A model generated the notes under the pieces. That model saw nothing but the letters and a program-made list of their open reading frames with translations. It was not told the DNA's origin and searched no databases. From Macrostomum lignano (lineage: Eukaryota): a stretch of DNA of 64,000 bases. The DNA is taken from NCBI GenBank assembly GCA_002269645.1, contig NIVC01003990.1, positions 2,129 to 66,128 of the forward strand. The letters run 5' to 3'. The number at the start of each line of letters is the position of its first letter. Positions within the stretch are counted from its first letter, which is position 1. Below, in pieces: positions 1-17,604 of this stretch. Made by a program: the position numbers and the translations under genes.

Positions 1-3653
<3,653 letters not shown>

Positions 3654-4710
3654 CACCCAATGAGATTATCCAAAACCCAATGAGATTATCCAACACCCAA
3701 TGAGATTATCCAAAACCCAATGAGATTATCCAACACCAATGAGATTATACAAAACCCAATGAGATTATCCAAAACCCAATGAGATTATCCAACACCCAAT
3801 GAGATTATCCAAAGCCCCATGAGATTATACAAAGCCCAATGAGATTATAAAAAACCCAATGAGATTATCCAAAACCTAATGAGATTATACAACACCCAAT
3901 TAGATTATCCAACACCCAATGAGATTATCCAACACCCAATGAGATTATCCAAAACCCAATGAGATTATCCAACACCCAATGAGATTATCCAAAACCCAAT
4001 GAGATTATCCAACACCAATGAGATTATACAAAACCCAATGAGATTATCCAACACCCAATGGGATTATCCAAAGCCCCATGAGATTATACAAAACCCAATG
4101 AGATTATACAAAACCCAATGAGATTATCCAAAACCTAATGAGATTATACAAAACCCAATGAGATTATCCAACACCAATGAGATTATGCAAAACCCAATGT
4201 GATTATCCAACACCCAATGAGATTATCCAACACCCAATGAGATTATCCAAAACCCAATGAGATTATCCAACACCCAATGAGATTATGCAAAACCCAATGG
4301 GATTATCCAACACCCAATGAGATTATCCAAAACCCAATGAGATTATGCAAAACCCAATTAGATTATCCAAAATCCAGTGAGATTATCCAACACCCAATGA
4401 GATTATCCAACACCCAATGAGATTATCCAAAACCCAATGAGATTATCCAACACCCAGTGAGATTATACAAAACCCAATGAGATTATCCAACACCCAATGA
4501 GATTATTCAACACCCAATGAGATTATACAAAACCCAATGAGATTATACAAAATCCAATGAGATTATCCAAAACCCAATGAGATTATCCAAAACCCAATGA
4601 GATTATCCAAAACCCAATTAGATTATCCAAAACCCAATGAGATTATCCAACACCCAGTGAGATTATACAAAACCCAATGAGATTATCCAAAGCCCAATGA
4701 AGTTATAAAA
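3654..4710. repeat. Tandem array of a 20-bp unit (ACCCAATGAGATTATCCAAA/C), about 52 copies
   Basis: Periodicity is directly visible, with minor variants and occasional 19-bp units. Confidence 0.97.
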
Positions 4711-5851
4711 AGTCAAGATCAAAACACTTGGAATCCAGAATAAATTAATTACTTTGCTCTCTCAAATTGAATCACAAACAACGCTGGCCAAGCATGCCAT
4801 TTTATAATTAAACTCATTCAATCATTTAAACAAATCAAACAAAAGCAAATAAGGATTTTCAAATTCAAAATGAGATCAGTAAAACAAAACAGCTGCTTTG
4901 AAATGGCGGGCGGTCATGCAACCAGCCAGCACAGGACTTGTCCAGTATGACAACTATTTTGTACAGATACAAAAAACACTCTCGGGTATTGTTGGTGCTG
5001 CTAAATAAGCAATTCAATATGCCGCAGGTATGGCATGAGCAACTTAATCATGGACAGATGTTTATAATTAATGAAATTGTCAAATATCCCAGGTACACAC
5101 AAGAAATGCAACATCAGAAAAAATGGTTAATTTATTTATACATATGTCATAATAAAGGTATACTATGAATAGTAAATAATACAGTAATACAGCCCAATGA
5201 GAAAATTCTTTAAACCGAATACTCCAACACTCGTTGAATAGCTCAATACTAATTGCATACACGCATATGTATATAATCTAATAAATATTTGATTTAATGA
5301 ACAGGTAAAATTACAGTTATAATTAAAACAAGAAGAAATTAAAAAAAACACAGCTTATCGAAAATCTTATAAAGCAATAAAAAAGAATCACAATTTTTGC
5401 AAACTTGCTCACTGATGCTTGCTGGTGCACAACAGAAGACACGGGAAGCGGGGGACATAGCCGGGAATACATTGTTGTATAAATAAAGGTCTCGAGAAAA
5501 AACACACAATTCAAGAAAATAGCGCCTGAACTGAACGATCGACTTGAATGCTGCTGGTTTGCCATCATCATCCTGGTTTATTGAATGCGACCCCAACAAA
5601 TTAAATAGCTAACGACTCACAGTTAGCTGTAATGATGCGCAATACACAACAGTTAGCGAAGCTGTTGAACTACGATCTATATAATAAGCGGCTTTAAATA
5701 ATTCTAAGTCGGCTAATAAAGCTAGCAATGCCGATAATGATTCTTGATGCGCGTGGCGGGGGCACCGATCGAGTGTGGAGATGAGATATGCGCATGTTGT
5801 CTAACAGGTAGCACGAGCACTTTATGAACTGCAGCTTGGGTTGGGGCACAG

Positions 5852-6898
5852 CTAGGCTGGACTGCCAGAGGCCCTGCTGACACCACTGTTGTACCTGAGT
5901 GGTTGTCGCTGCTGCTGCTGCTGTTGCTGTTGTTGTTGTTTAAGCTGCTGCGGATGCTGAAGATGAGGCGGCATGGGCGGCTGCAGAGGCAAAGGCAGCG
6001 GCAGAGGGCCAAGCATGCGGTGCTGCTGCTGCTGCTGCTGTTGAACCATCTGCTGTTTCCGAAGCATCGCCTGGTGCTGCTGCTGTGGCGGCGAGCGCAG
6101 CAATCCGTGCATCTGCAGCTCCTCCTCGCTGCACGCGCCCGAGCTGCAAGGCGAGCCGCTGCTACGCGACGGACAATCGAATGCTTGCCGATCCTGGCGG
6201 ACGCGTTCGAGCATGCCCAGCAGCTTCTTGATGGCGCCCTGGGTGAACTCCAGCGCCTCCAGTGTGGGCCTGTCTATGGCCAGCAGCTGCTCGAAGCTGT
6301 ACTTGCGCAGCCGATCGAAGTATTTGTGCATCCGGTGCGTCTTCAGCCAGGTGAGTAGTTTAGATTGATAGTCTTGCCTGCGTGTGGCCGGGAGAGACAT
6401 TGTACTCACAACTGAGGCACTGGGCTAGTGGCTATATATAACTAAATAGAGAACGGTCGCTCACCCATAATGGCAGGCTGGGTACACCGCGGTACCTTCA
6501 CCAGTGTAACCGACGCTTCCAACTGTGAGAGATTGGAACTGCAGCATCAGGCCTGAAATGATTGTTGAAATCATAATTGAGTGAATCGAATTCGGTTAAC
6601 AGGTTATAGACGGCAATGTGGGATAAGTGGTCGAGCCTGGCGGATTCCAAGGATTGGGACTCACCGCTAAGGGGACTAGTGGGCGGCGGCGGCATCGGCG
6701 GGGGCAGCGGCGGCAGCTGGTGATGGTGGTGGGGGTGGGGGTGCGGCCCGGCGGGGTAACCGTAGTATGCCGGCGACTGCGGCTGCTGCTGAGGCGGCGG
6801 TGGCGGCGGCGGTGGCGCCTGCGGCAGAACAGCGAACGGAGACATGAAAGCTGCCGCAGCGTAATAGGGGCACTGAGGCGGGCCGCCGAGGCAAGAGT

Positions 6899-6935
<37 letters not shown>

Positions 6936-9900
6936 AGACATTTGGTAGAGCATGTGGTGCGGCGGCACCGGCTGATAGTACTGGACTTGCATTGCAGTTA
7001 CCGGGCTGTGTTGGTGAGATTCGGCTCAGTTGTGTTGTTGTTGCTGCTGCTGCTTTGACATGCGCAGCCTCGGCGCCGCTATTTATGAATGAGGCCGGCA
7101 CAGCGGCCCGGGCGGGTGGGGAGCGGCCGGGGCGAGGTCAGGGGCGGGCCGGACAGCTGATTCACGGCGCTGGGCAACTGCTATTGGCTGCTGCCGCTGC
7201 TGCCGCTGCTGCTCAAAGGGGGTCTGGGTTAGAGGGAGCAGGCTAAGACAGGTAATGGGCGTCGGCGGAAGGGGCGGAGTGGGGGGCTGACGCGTGGCTG
7301 AGTACACTCAACATTTTCTGGGTAGGGGAAGGAGAGAGAGCTATCAACACTGCAGAATGTTGGACTTGTGAGCAAAGAAGAGTAACGCAGACAGGCGGAG
7401 AGCGTAGAGCTTTCGCTTTCTTCTATCTAGTTTTGGTATCTGGCAACGCTTGACTAACTAGCCATTGTTAGGCATTTGTGCCTGTTCTGTCTGACTGACT
7501 AACTGACTAATTCCCGCTGGGGCTGAATGAGGCAGTAAGGGCGGTCGGTCAAGGGCTCCCCCCCAGTCTCTCTCACCTGGTTTGGCCGCGGCCGAGTCCG
7601 AGCTGGCCCGGCTGTGGGCCACTGTCGGCGGCTGCGGCGGTCGGGGTGGTCGGCGGGCGGAGAAAAACTCGACAATGTCGGCCGAGCGCCTGACGGGCTC
7701 TGGCAGTTCAACAAGCAACCTTGGAGGGTGGGAAGAGAAATGATAGGGCCGGGTGATGGCGATAAGGTAGCCGGGTGTTCCACATCTGAAAGGATTCCTA
7801 ACACGCAGTCCCTGGTGCTTGTGAAACGGAAGGGAAGGCGGGCCCGGGACGTAGAGGGCTAACTAATAAATTCTAAGTGCTTATTTTCCTGCTTTTGTGT
7901 GTTTCCGACATCTGGATGACACTTATTCATGCACATAAAAATCTCCGACGGTCAATTATCAATTTATTAGACCTTTTATTTATAAAGGTAGCTAAGTAGA
8001 TTATATTCCTAAACTGTGGTCAACATAGCATTGTAATATAGCAAGTGCAAGAGGTCAAAGTGTAGGCACGGCAGGTAGGACAGGATCCAGTTGAGATACT
8101 ATTTTTAGTAACAAAACTCTTCCCCCACCCGGGCAAGGAAGAGTCATGAGCAGTGGGGAGGGGACTATCCATATAGGGAACAGGGAGTGGGTATGGGCGG
8201 CAGAAAGTACCCGGCTTGTGCAGGGGCCCTCACCCCACCCCGGCAGAACAGTGCAGTCGTGCATTATTGAAACTATTACATTCTCTTCTAATCTTAACCC
8301 AGATAAGACTGGCATGCAAGAAATAATAATTGCAGAAATTATCTCTTCGAAGAAAGTTACGAATGCAGATTTTTTTACTAAAATGCCCAGACTTTTAAAA
8401 ACTTAAAATACATGAAGAAATAAAAATTTTCTAACAACAATAGAAAATAAAATAGGTTGAATAGCTGCTAGCACAGTCGGCAAAAGCCATCCGAAATAGA
8501 AATGGGTGGGAGTGACCCAAGCAACAACATTCATACTGCAGGCACAGCGGGTGGGTCAATCACACAACACACGCACAGTTTGCTAATACCCACACTAGGG
8601 CAGCCTCCTCTGCCCTCGCGCACACACACACACCAACTCTGTATAGATAGATGGTCTGGGTCAGGTTCTGCAGGTTTTTGAGTCTGCACAATATGCAAAA
8701 TAGCGCCTATTACTACAGAGCTACCTGTTTACTTGAAGGCTCCAGAAAGGTGGGGGGGGGGCTTACGAGATGGGGCAGTGGCAGCCACAGGTTTAGCTGT
8801 TGGGCCCTAGTAGCAGCAGCAGCTCTCAATATCGACAGCAGCCTTGCGTATAGCGGAATAAACTGATGAGGCACACAGTTTACGTTGAGAAAGAAAGACG
8901 CCTGCCTAAAATACGCGAATTCCATTCAGGTAAGAATTCGGCACACAGCCGGGGAGGCAGGGGGGGGGCAAGACCTCAATAATGAGACTTCTTCTTCTTT
9001 TTCTAGTTTAGTTGGCTCAGAAGAAGATCACAGGACTCAACTCCGTTGGCTGCGTGCCAAGTGCCCACTCCATACTCAGCCGCCGCCTACACACTATACG
9101 AGGAATTGAAGGGGGTCACCCGTCCCCCCGTGACCCCGCGTGTTGACTTGGCCAAGCAAGAAGCGATCCGGAAGCAGAAACAAACAGAGAACATGGCAAA
9201 GTAATTAGAAAAAGACAACTGATGACTGTGGAACTGCTTAGCCTATTAACTAAACTTCTTAATCCCCCCCCCAGATACAGAATTCGAACTATTCGAGTTG
9301 TTTATATAAGCGCAGAAATCTGACTTGCTTTGAATAGAAATTCTTGATTTTTTGAGTGAGCAAATATTATGATTTCTGAATTCTGCTAGTGGCTAACAGG
9401 CATTTATTAGGATGGCCGACAGTGATGACATGAAAAACTTCGAATGCTTTGCAAGTAAAACTAACTCATACTCGATCTTGTAAAGCTCAAAAAAATTAAT
9501 TCAAGGTTAACTTGCAGAACCCTACTCAGCACCTAAAACACCGGTTGCAGAACCCTACTCAGCACCCAAGATACTGGTTGCAGAACCCTACTCAGCACCT
9601 AAAACACCGGTTGCAGAACCCTACTCAGCACCTAAAACACCGGTTGCAGAACCCTACTCAGCACCTAAAACACCGGTTGCAGAACCCTACTCAGCACCTA
9701 AAACACCGGTTGCAGAACCCTACTCAGCACCTAAAACTGGTTGCAGAACCCTACTCAGCACCTAAAACACCGGTTGCAGAACCCTACTCAGCACCTAAAA
9801 CTGGTTGCAGAACCCTACAGCACCAAACACCGGTTGCAGAACCCTACTCAGCACCTAAAACACCGGTTGCAGAACCCTACTCAGCACCTAGAACACCGGT

Positions 9901-12900
9901 TGCAGAACCCTACTCAGCACCTAGAACACCGGTTGCAGAACCCTACTCAGCACCAAAAACCGGTTGCAGAACCCTACTCAGCACCTAAAACACCGGTTGC
10001 AGAACCCTACTCAGCACCTAAAACACCGGTTGCAGAACCCTACTCAGCACCTAAAACACCGGTTGCAGAACCCTACTCAGCACCTAAAACACCGGTTGCA
10101 GAACCCTACTCAGCACCTAAAACACCGGTTGCAGAACCCTACTCAGCACCTAAAACACCGGTTGCAGAACCCTACTCAGCACCTAAAACACCGGTTGCAG
10201 AACCCTACTCAGCACCTAAAACACCGGTTGCAGAACCCTACTCAGCACCAAAAACACGGTTGCAGAACCCTACTCAGCACCTAAAACACCGGTTGCAGAA
10301 CCCTACTCAGCACCTAGAACACCGGTTGCAGAACCCTACTCAGCACCTAAAACATGGGCTTGACCTGCGATTGTCATCCCGCAACTCACCGAAGCAACAT
10401 CTGCACGGCACTGGTGACGGACTCAGCGCTGAGCCGGGACGCCAGCTTGCCTCTGTTGAGCAGGCCGTCCAGCAGGGGAATTCGGGCAGCCTGCTGTGTC
10501 CGCAGATGCGGCTGCACCTGTGATAGTTTTAACAGTTAGAAACAAGCACGACAGGATGATGACATCGTAACGGTATAGATTTTAGCTTATTCTTGAGCAT
10601 TTTCTCAATCCAAAATGCCGTCTCAAAGTCAATGAGAAAATCTTCCTCTTTGAGTTAACTTCCCTTGGGAACTGAACCCCAGCTGAAATCTTGGGCAATC
10701 CGACCTGTGCGTGGGCCGAGTCCTAATTGAAAACGGCAGTTGCCAGAGCGAGTAACCTGCCAAGTACCTGCCAGTCTGTCCAGTCCTTATCAGATTTTGC
10801 TGGATTATAAACCAAAACCTCCTTCAACGACTGTTATATCCCATGACTGCGATGGATGAACAGTTTACGTCCGTGTTATAGTTTTTCAGCATTTACTTTT
10901 CTCGCAAGAGTCGCCCGATTGCAAAGTAATCGAGCCAACTACAATTGTACTTCTATACCCAAAGTCATAAATTATATTTTTCGCCAATAGAGATAATGTT
11001 TTTTTTATAAACTCAACGGCGAAAATAAGGTAAAACGTGCAGTAAAAATAAACAGAGAGTCGGATTCAAATGCACCCAGAGGCAGTGAGGAGCGAATATA
11101 TCTATTTAGCACCTAAATATCATCTCGGGGGCCGCATCTTACGCTCAGAAACTCTCGCAAACTGACAGAATATTGCGGGTGAGAAGAGGGCGGCCACCTC
11201 CCTCCCTCTCCTCTGGCGACAATTGAGTTAGTTCGCATTGAGCATTGTTGCTCAATCTGTGCCAAAAGAAGGGAGAGAGAGAGACGGAGCGCTCGATCTT
11301 TCGAAGAGCCGACCCTGATGAAAGAAAAGACCCAGCGGCTGGTCCGCAGCTTCTTCATTCTTTTGATGGCGGCTTGAAATTAACTCAGCCCAACCCCCAC
11401 CTGCAAAGCGCTGACAGGTGCGACAAACTGGATTTCATACAGCGAAAAATAGATTTGACAGTTTGCCCAGGCCTGGACAGACTGGGGCAGGCGGCGTGCA
11501 GCTTCTCAGATGAAGCTATTCATTTATTCATTCATTCACACGCCGCATGCTGAGAATACTTTAATTTTTGACCCACTGACAGGCACGCGCAATAATAGCT
11601 AGAATGCTGAGGTTCTCAGAGTTGCTATGCTCGTATTGTAAAAAAAATTGGACACTTCATCAGACAGACTAACTGTGCGTGAAATTAGTGATCTGGTTTA
11701 ATTAAACCAGCAATACGGCTTGTTGTCTATGGCTTACAGCAATTACAGCACTTTTCAGACCCCTTAGAGAAGTATACTATTTAATACCCTCTAATTTCGT
11801 CTTCTATGGAAAAGAAAGTCCGAGGATGCACTTTATCAGGCCGAGGCGAAGCCGGGGTCTGAGAATAGCGTCCGAGGGCTTTCTACCATAGAACTCGAAA
11901 CTAGTGAAACTAGAACACGACGGGAGCGGAGTGCGTTGGCGTTGCCAAGCTTGTGTATATGGTTTTGGAGGTAGACAATGATTGTCTTTAACAGTATTGA
12001 CAGTATTGTCTTTTTCAACAGAAAAGAAAGGCCTCGTTAAACGATACATTATATAGTTTTAGTAAAGAAGGTTAATAAGAAAGACTATAGAATTAAAAGC
12101 AAATATTTAAATCAAACTCCTGCTTCTCTTTCTTCTGCTCAGTGAGGAAGAGGAAAGGGAAGGCGCGGGTGCCGCTCGGCTGTGTGTGTGGAATTCTGCC
12201 GGCATCAACTGACACGCAATAAAACACGTCAGGTAAGGCAATACAAGGTTGGCAGTGCAATTTTACCTTAGCGTAGAGAGCCAGCAGGTCCGACAGGCTT
12301 CTGACAATTTCAGAACGGACACTGCCAGGCCAGAGAGTCGCCTGCAAGTGCAAGTGTGCGGAAGCTGAGGCTGAGTCGGGAGTTGCATGGCATAATTGAG
12401 GCGCAGGCAGAGAGGGAGAGGCTGAGGGGTGAAACGGGGCCGCGGGAGACCTGATCACGTGAATGAGGGAAGGGGTTGCTTTTTTCCAAACGGAGCGGGA
12501 ACGCTCTTTTAGTGGTCAGCCCGTCTACCTGCCTTCCTCTCTGCACCTGCCGTAGCTATTGATTCAACACAGCCAACAGCCAGCTAAAACATGTAATTGC
12601 CCCCCCCCATAAAATGATTTGTTATTCCCAATTGACTTGACAAGTAGCCCCATGCTATTTCTTACTTTCTACTGGCAGTAGCTGAGGAAGATATTTTCAG
12701 CAAATAAATTGAATGAAAATTTCTTATTGGCCCACTTACGTGGATGCAGAACGGCGCGTCGAGGCCGACAGAGCCGACGGGAGCGGAGTGCGTCGGCGTC
12801 GCCAGGCTGGCCTGACGCAGGCACAGACCTGCGGGTTGTTGGGAGTATCAACTACTTGAGCGCTCAGCTACTTTTTCGGTAGTACGCAGAGGGGTCCAAT

Positions 12901-14949
12901 GGAGCCACACCAAAGGGACTGACACTGAAGTGACTGACACTGAAGTGACTGACACTGAAGTGACTGACACTGAAGTGACTGACACTGAAGTGACTGACAC
13001 TGAAGTGACTGACACCGAAGGGACTGACACTGAAGTGACTGACACTGAAGTGACTGACACTGAAGTGACTGACACTGAAGTGACTGACACTGAAGTGACT
13101 GACACTGAAGTGACTGACACTGAAGTGACTGACACTGAAGTGACTGACACCGAAGTGACTGACACCGAAGTGACTGACACTGAAGTGACTGAAACCGAAG
13201 TGACTGACACTGAAGTGACTGAAACCGAAGTGACTGACACTGAAGTGACTGACACTAAAGTGACTGACACTGAAGTGACTGACGCTGAAGTGACTGACAC
13301 TGAAGCAAAGCATTGGCCTGGCACTCCTCACCCGGATAAGCAGCAGTTCCAGTCCGTTGCTTCTTTGGTCTGCTGCCCGGCGGTCTTCTAGCTTCGACAT
13401 CGAGTTCGGTGGCATCCGACAGTCGTCTCTGCCGCCAGTGCTGCATCAGAGCCGTCATCATCGGCGGCAGAGGCGGAGCCGTGCCGAGCCAAGCAGATTC
13501 ATCGGCAGCGGCGGTTGTGACGGCGGTGGCAGATCGGGAGCGCAGTCGATGACCAGCCACCGTTGGCGTTGTCGATGCCGCAGCGGCCGCGCCAGACTGT
13601 CGAAGTGTACAGTCTGAACAGCAGACGGCTTCGGGGTTCGAATCCTGTTTGAAAATTAAACCGAAGTTTGACTTGATTTTGAGCTATAGAAATATTTTAT
13701 TTGGTGACTACTGTGAGTAGTTGAAATCTACAATATTGCCAGTTTGACTAAAACTTTACCGACAATAAATCAAATAAATCAAATAAATCAAACTTGCTGT
13801 ACGACGGGAGAAAGTTGCGCGATGGGAGGAATTTAACTTGATTATAGCTGCCTGCCAATAAAGGACCCTGTGCAAGTAGTGGTCTGGTTTCTAACAAGTC
13901 TACTAACAAGTAGCAAGACAAGAATATAAGGCTAGCCAATCTTTCATAGTTTGTGTTAAGGGTTGGACACTGATAGTTAAATAAATAGAACCTATAGAAC
14001 GGGTGTGTGCCCAGGGCCGGGCCTAGATCTAAGCGACTAAGACTATCAGAAAAAGAGCGAGGACCCAGAAACCGTTTCTCCTCTATTGCTAGAAGTCCGA
14101 TAATAATAAAAATAATTGATTACACCTGCCCCAATGGACAGACGTACAACCGACAGCTCAGCCGCAGCTATGGGGGGGGGTCGCCACACACACCCTCAAT
14201 TACCCCAGCTAATGCTGGCACCCATTTTACAGCTGGGTGAACTGAAGCAATGCAGAGTTAAGGTGACTTGCTCAAGGACACAAATTTTTCCTGAGGGATC
14301 AGGAATCGAACCCCCGACCTATCAGTCGTGCGTCTGACGCTGTAACCCCCAGAAACCGGAGCAGCTGTTAAATAGAGGGACGAACCCTAGCAAGAGCCAG
14401 CCGGCTGGCCAGGGCCCGCTGCACCGGCAGCATTCGCAGTCGGCTGGCGAACGGCAGCGCCGGCTGTCGCAGGGCCAGCGCGCCAACCAGGCAAGCGTGA
14501 CGCAGGAGGCCACCGTCATTACCACCGGATGCATCGCCTGCGGCGTTAGTGGCGCGCTGAAGATCCAGCCGGGCGAGCCAGTCGGCCAGCAGGCGGCCGC
14601 AGTCTGCGTTGTCGGGCCGCACCAGAGCCAGGGCCAGCGTCAGGCGGCACAGCGCGGCATCGACGACGGCGCCGCCGCCGCTGCCACCCGCCTCGGGCTC
14701 GGTCAATCGGAGTAGCTCGGCTGGCGAGTTGACGCGAGCTTCGGCTTCGCGCAATTCAATGGTGCCGGCGCCGGCATCGGCGGCAGCTGCGGACCAGGTG
14801 GCTAAAAACCGGAGCTCGAGAGGTGCACAATTGAGCAGCAGCGAGCTGAGCAGTTCGATGCGCTCGTGCGGCTCCAGGCGGCTGCTGAACCAATTCAGAA
14901 CAGAGTCGGGGGTCGGGTCGCTGGTGTCGTTGTTGTGACTGTTAGACAT
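5852..14949 (-). CDS. ZCCHC14: ZCCHC14/ZCCHC2 (GLS-1)-family SAM-domain RNA-binding protein, multi-exon; internal exon boundaries only partly resolved
   Basis: The first exon (from 14949) reads VLNWFSSRLEPHERIELLSSLLLNCAPLELRFLA, matching the family N-terminus (VYRWFSEL...[21 protein letters not shown]). The last exon (6409-5852) has a Smaug-type SAM domain (LLTWLKTHRMHKYFDRL...LEALEFTQGAIKKL). Plausible internal exons with AG/GT ends lie at about 13613-13333, 12830-12740, 12345-12270 and 10520-10388, plus a Pro/Gln-rich region at about 7300-6500. No C-terminal zinc knuckle was found. Confidence 0.75.
9510..10352. repeat. Intronic tandem array of a 33-bp unit (CACCGGTTGCAGAACCCTACTCAGCACCTAAAA), about 25 copies
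   Basis: Directly visible; explains the LQNPTQHLKHR / PVAEPYSAPKT ORFs. Confidence 0.95.
12918..13305. repeat. Intronic tandem array of a 15-bp unit (GACTGACACTGAAGT), about 26 copies
   Basis: Directly visible; explains the TDTEV / SVT / FSVSH ORFs. Confidence 0.95.
14101..14350 (-). mobile_element. tRNA-derived SINE, same family as 42423-42722
   Basis: The minus strand has a B-box (GGTTCGATTCC), the body TGTGTCCTTGAGCAAG...CCAGCTGTAAAATGGGTGCCAGCATTAGCTGGG, and an (ATT)-type tail. It aligns by eye with the piwi-intron copy. Confidence 0.85.
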
Positions 14950-17604
14950 TTCAGCTAAAACTGGACTCGCAAAGACTGAGCGACTGAGTTCGACGTTGGC
15001 TAGTTTAGGACTCAGAATTCAAATTGGCTCCCCTGGCTGCAGCGGACGACAATGGTGGTGGGGGTCGGGGCGTCGCCGCGCGCTCTACCCCAAACAGAGG
15101 CCTCCTGTAGTGGCGACTCGTTAAGGGGCCAGAAAGTATAAATTTTAGCGATAATGCTACAAAATCTGCTGACTAAGTTTATATCAGAAGCAGCAAAAAG
15201 ACTGTGCTAACATTATTTCTAAATTTAATAACAGACAACAATGATTTCCACATCTGAAGATCAATTCAAAGTGAATAAAAGTAAAACAATATTTACAGGA
15301 CCTCCAGCAGAAAATTTCTAAGATATCTATTGAAATTTATCATATCAAAATGTAAAAAATAAAATGAAAATCAGATAAAACTCTACATAGGTTTTTTAAG
15401 AAAAGCTTGAAAAATAATTCTAGACAATAGTTATAATTTAATATACAACTGCAACATTTGAATTAATTTTAAAATCAGCTTTTTAGGTATTATCAATTAA
15501 ATACTTTTCAATTTAAGTAGTTCTAAAATAGTATGCTTAAGTAATAGTTTTGAAACCTTAGTGATAACACTTACAAAGTAAGGAAGTAAATCAAAGCAAT
15601 TTTTCTGGTGCAAGCATAGCTATTTTGTGATATGCTTTAAAATTACAAAGAAACTATAAACTGTACACTCTTCATATACAAAACATAAGTAAACCTAAGT
15701 ATAGATGTTAAATAATATAATAAGATGTGTGTAAACATGTATGCATACAATGCCATACACATATGTGTACACGATTCTAATAATTGTGTATGCTTTTCTA
15801 AAAAGTATGGACTACAAGAAATATTTTAAATACGAAAAACAGTCCTACTACATAAAAACTCATCATCTACAATCATCAAGCAATAAAATTTATAACTAAG
15901 TTTACCAAAATTTATTTCCCAAACTGGGCAAAAATTTTGGGATTTATTAATGAAATAATCTTGATAAAGTTTTAGAAAAATTTTATTTATTTTTTCATAA
16001 GATGAGCCACCAAATTATTATGTTTTACCTATTTCAAAGCATCTACAATAATATTTGACCAGAGTACAAGCGACCTTTCTTCGAACGACTGCTTTTAAAG
16101 TATTAATATGTTTTACCGCGCATATTAATTAACCTCTTAAAAATAAATTAAAACAAGAAAAACATTTAAAAACAGCATTTCTTTCGCTTATTATATGATG
16201 GAAACTTTTGATTACAAGTTGCGTTGAAAACTTTGTTTTACTGCGTAACTTTTTTGTTTTTTAAACTTTGTTTGTGGCTACAATTATTATATACTCTCTC
16301 TCTTATATGGGCCTTTTCATATTGCTTGTTCTGGTTCTAGAACCAGATCCAATTTGTAAAGTATATTGTATTGGTTATACTGCTTTTTTCTCGGAAGTCC
16401 GAACCGATTCTGGTTCTGGAATCGGTAGTGTGAAAACCCTATATATATATCGAAGATGAATGGCAACAAAATGTTAGTTTTGTTTTTTTATGTAGGAGAC
16501 TTTTTTTCTCGCTTTTACTCTTTTGCTGTATCACTCACTTCCTAGTGTTTTGAATTAACGTACCGCTTAAAAATCTCTAGCGTTCAGAATTACTAAAATC
16601 GATATAGTAGCATTTAGCGGCTTCCTTGCATACATGTATACATCTCGCTTCTATATGTACATGTACTGTAAATAAGTATAGTCTTCTTGATTCATTACTC
16701 TGATTTAAAAGAATTTTTCGTCTGCAAATATGAATTTATCAGAAAAAAATCGTGCACATGTAGTATCTACAAATAATTTATGCAACAACAAACGGCGCTA
16801 TGCATGTACTAAGAACATTGAACAGAAAGTACTACACATTTTTGCAGGAAATGAAATCGTGCTCGCCCTAAGACTGACTGTGATTACTGGGCAAAGTGTA
16901 AAACGAAAAGAAAATAACCTATTAATTAGGTTCTTTAAGTACAGCTGTAATTTAGAAATGTGATAAACTTCAACTAAGTGTTTTTTTCAAAGAAATTAGC
17001 TGCATGCCATTAAATAACAGTCCAATTAAGTTCGCGAGTCCGAGACACAGACATTGCATCGTAATTTACGGCTTGGTAACTATAGCGGATCGATAGCTCC
17101 GCGAAGCAAATAAAAAGACCATGTTTGCAGTATCATGATGTCGCCCCTAATTATTTGCTCAACTTCAGCACACTATACCATCAATTTCCAGGTACTGGAA
17201 CACTGTCAATAGATTGCGAAAAACTTCGAAGTCCGACTGACACGTCTTTGCAGTCTGGATCGATTGAAACATCACCGAGAACGGTGACAGGCGTTCTCAG
17301 TCAGTCTCACTATGAGAAAAAATCCACTTCCGGCCCAATCTTCTTGGAGCCCAATTATTCTTATCCAGAAAAGTATAAATGGTATAGTAAAATTGGTTGC
17401 TAGGGGAAGAATCGCGGGGAAAAACGCAGAATTTACACACCGCACACGGATCCCTTGTGTCAGGAGGATGAAAGTTGCGCCTCAAATTCTTCAAACGGTA
17501 AGCCAAAGTATTCTCTGGTATAAAGCCATTGGCAACATATGGAAGCAGAAAAATTTGCAGTACACTTACAAACAATTCAGACATTCGATTCCACACTAAT
17601 TGAT

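Noticed and set aside
3654-4710. CRISPR-like appearance of this and the other regular arrays
   Set aside because: Units are head-to-tail with no unique spacers, there are no cas genes, and the context is eukaryotic.
9512-13415. Long ORFs over the 33-bp and 15-bp arrays
   Set aside because: They are open in several frames only because the unit length is a multiple of 3. There is no signal peptide or unique coding flank, and they lie in introns of the ZCCHC14-like gene.
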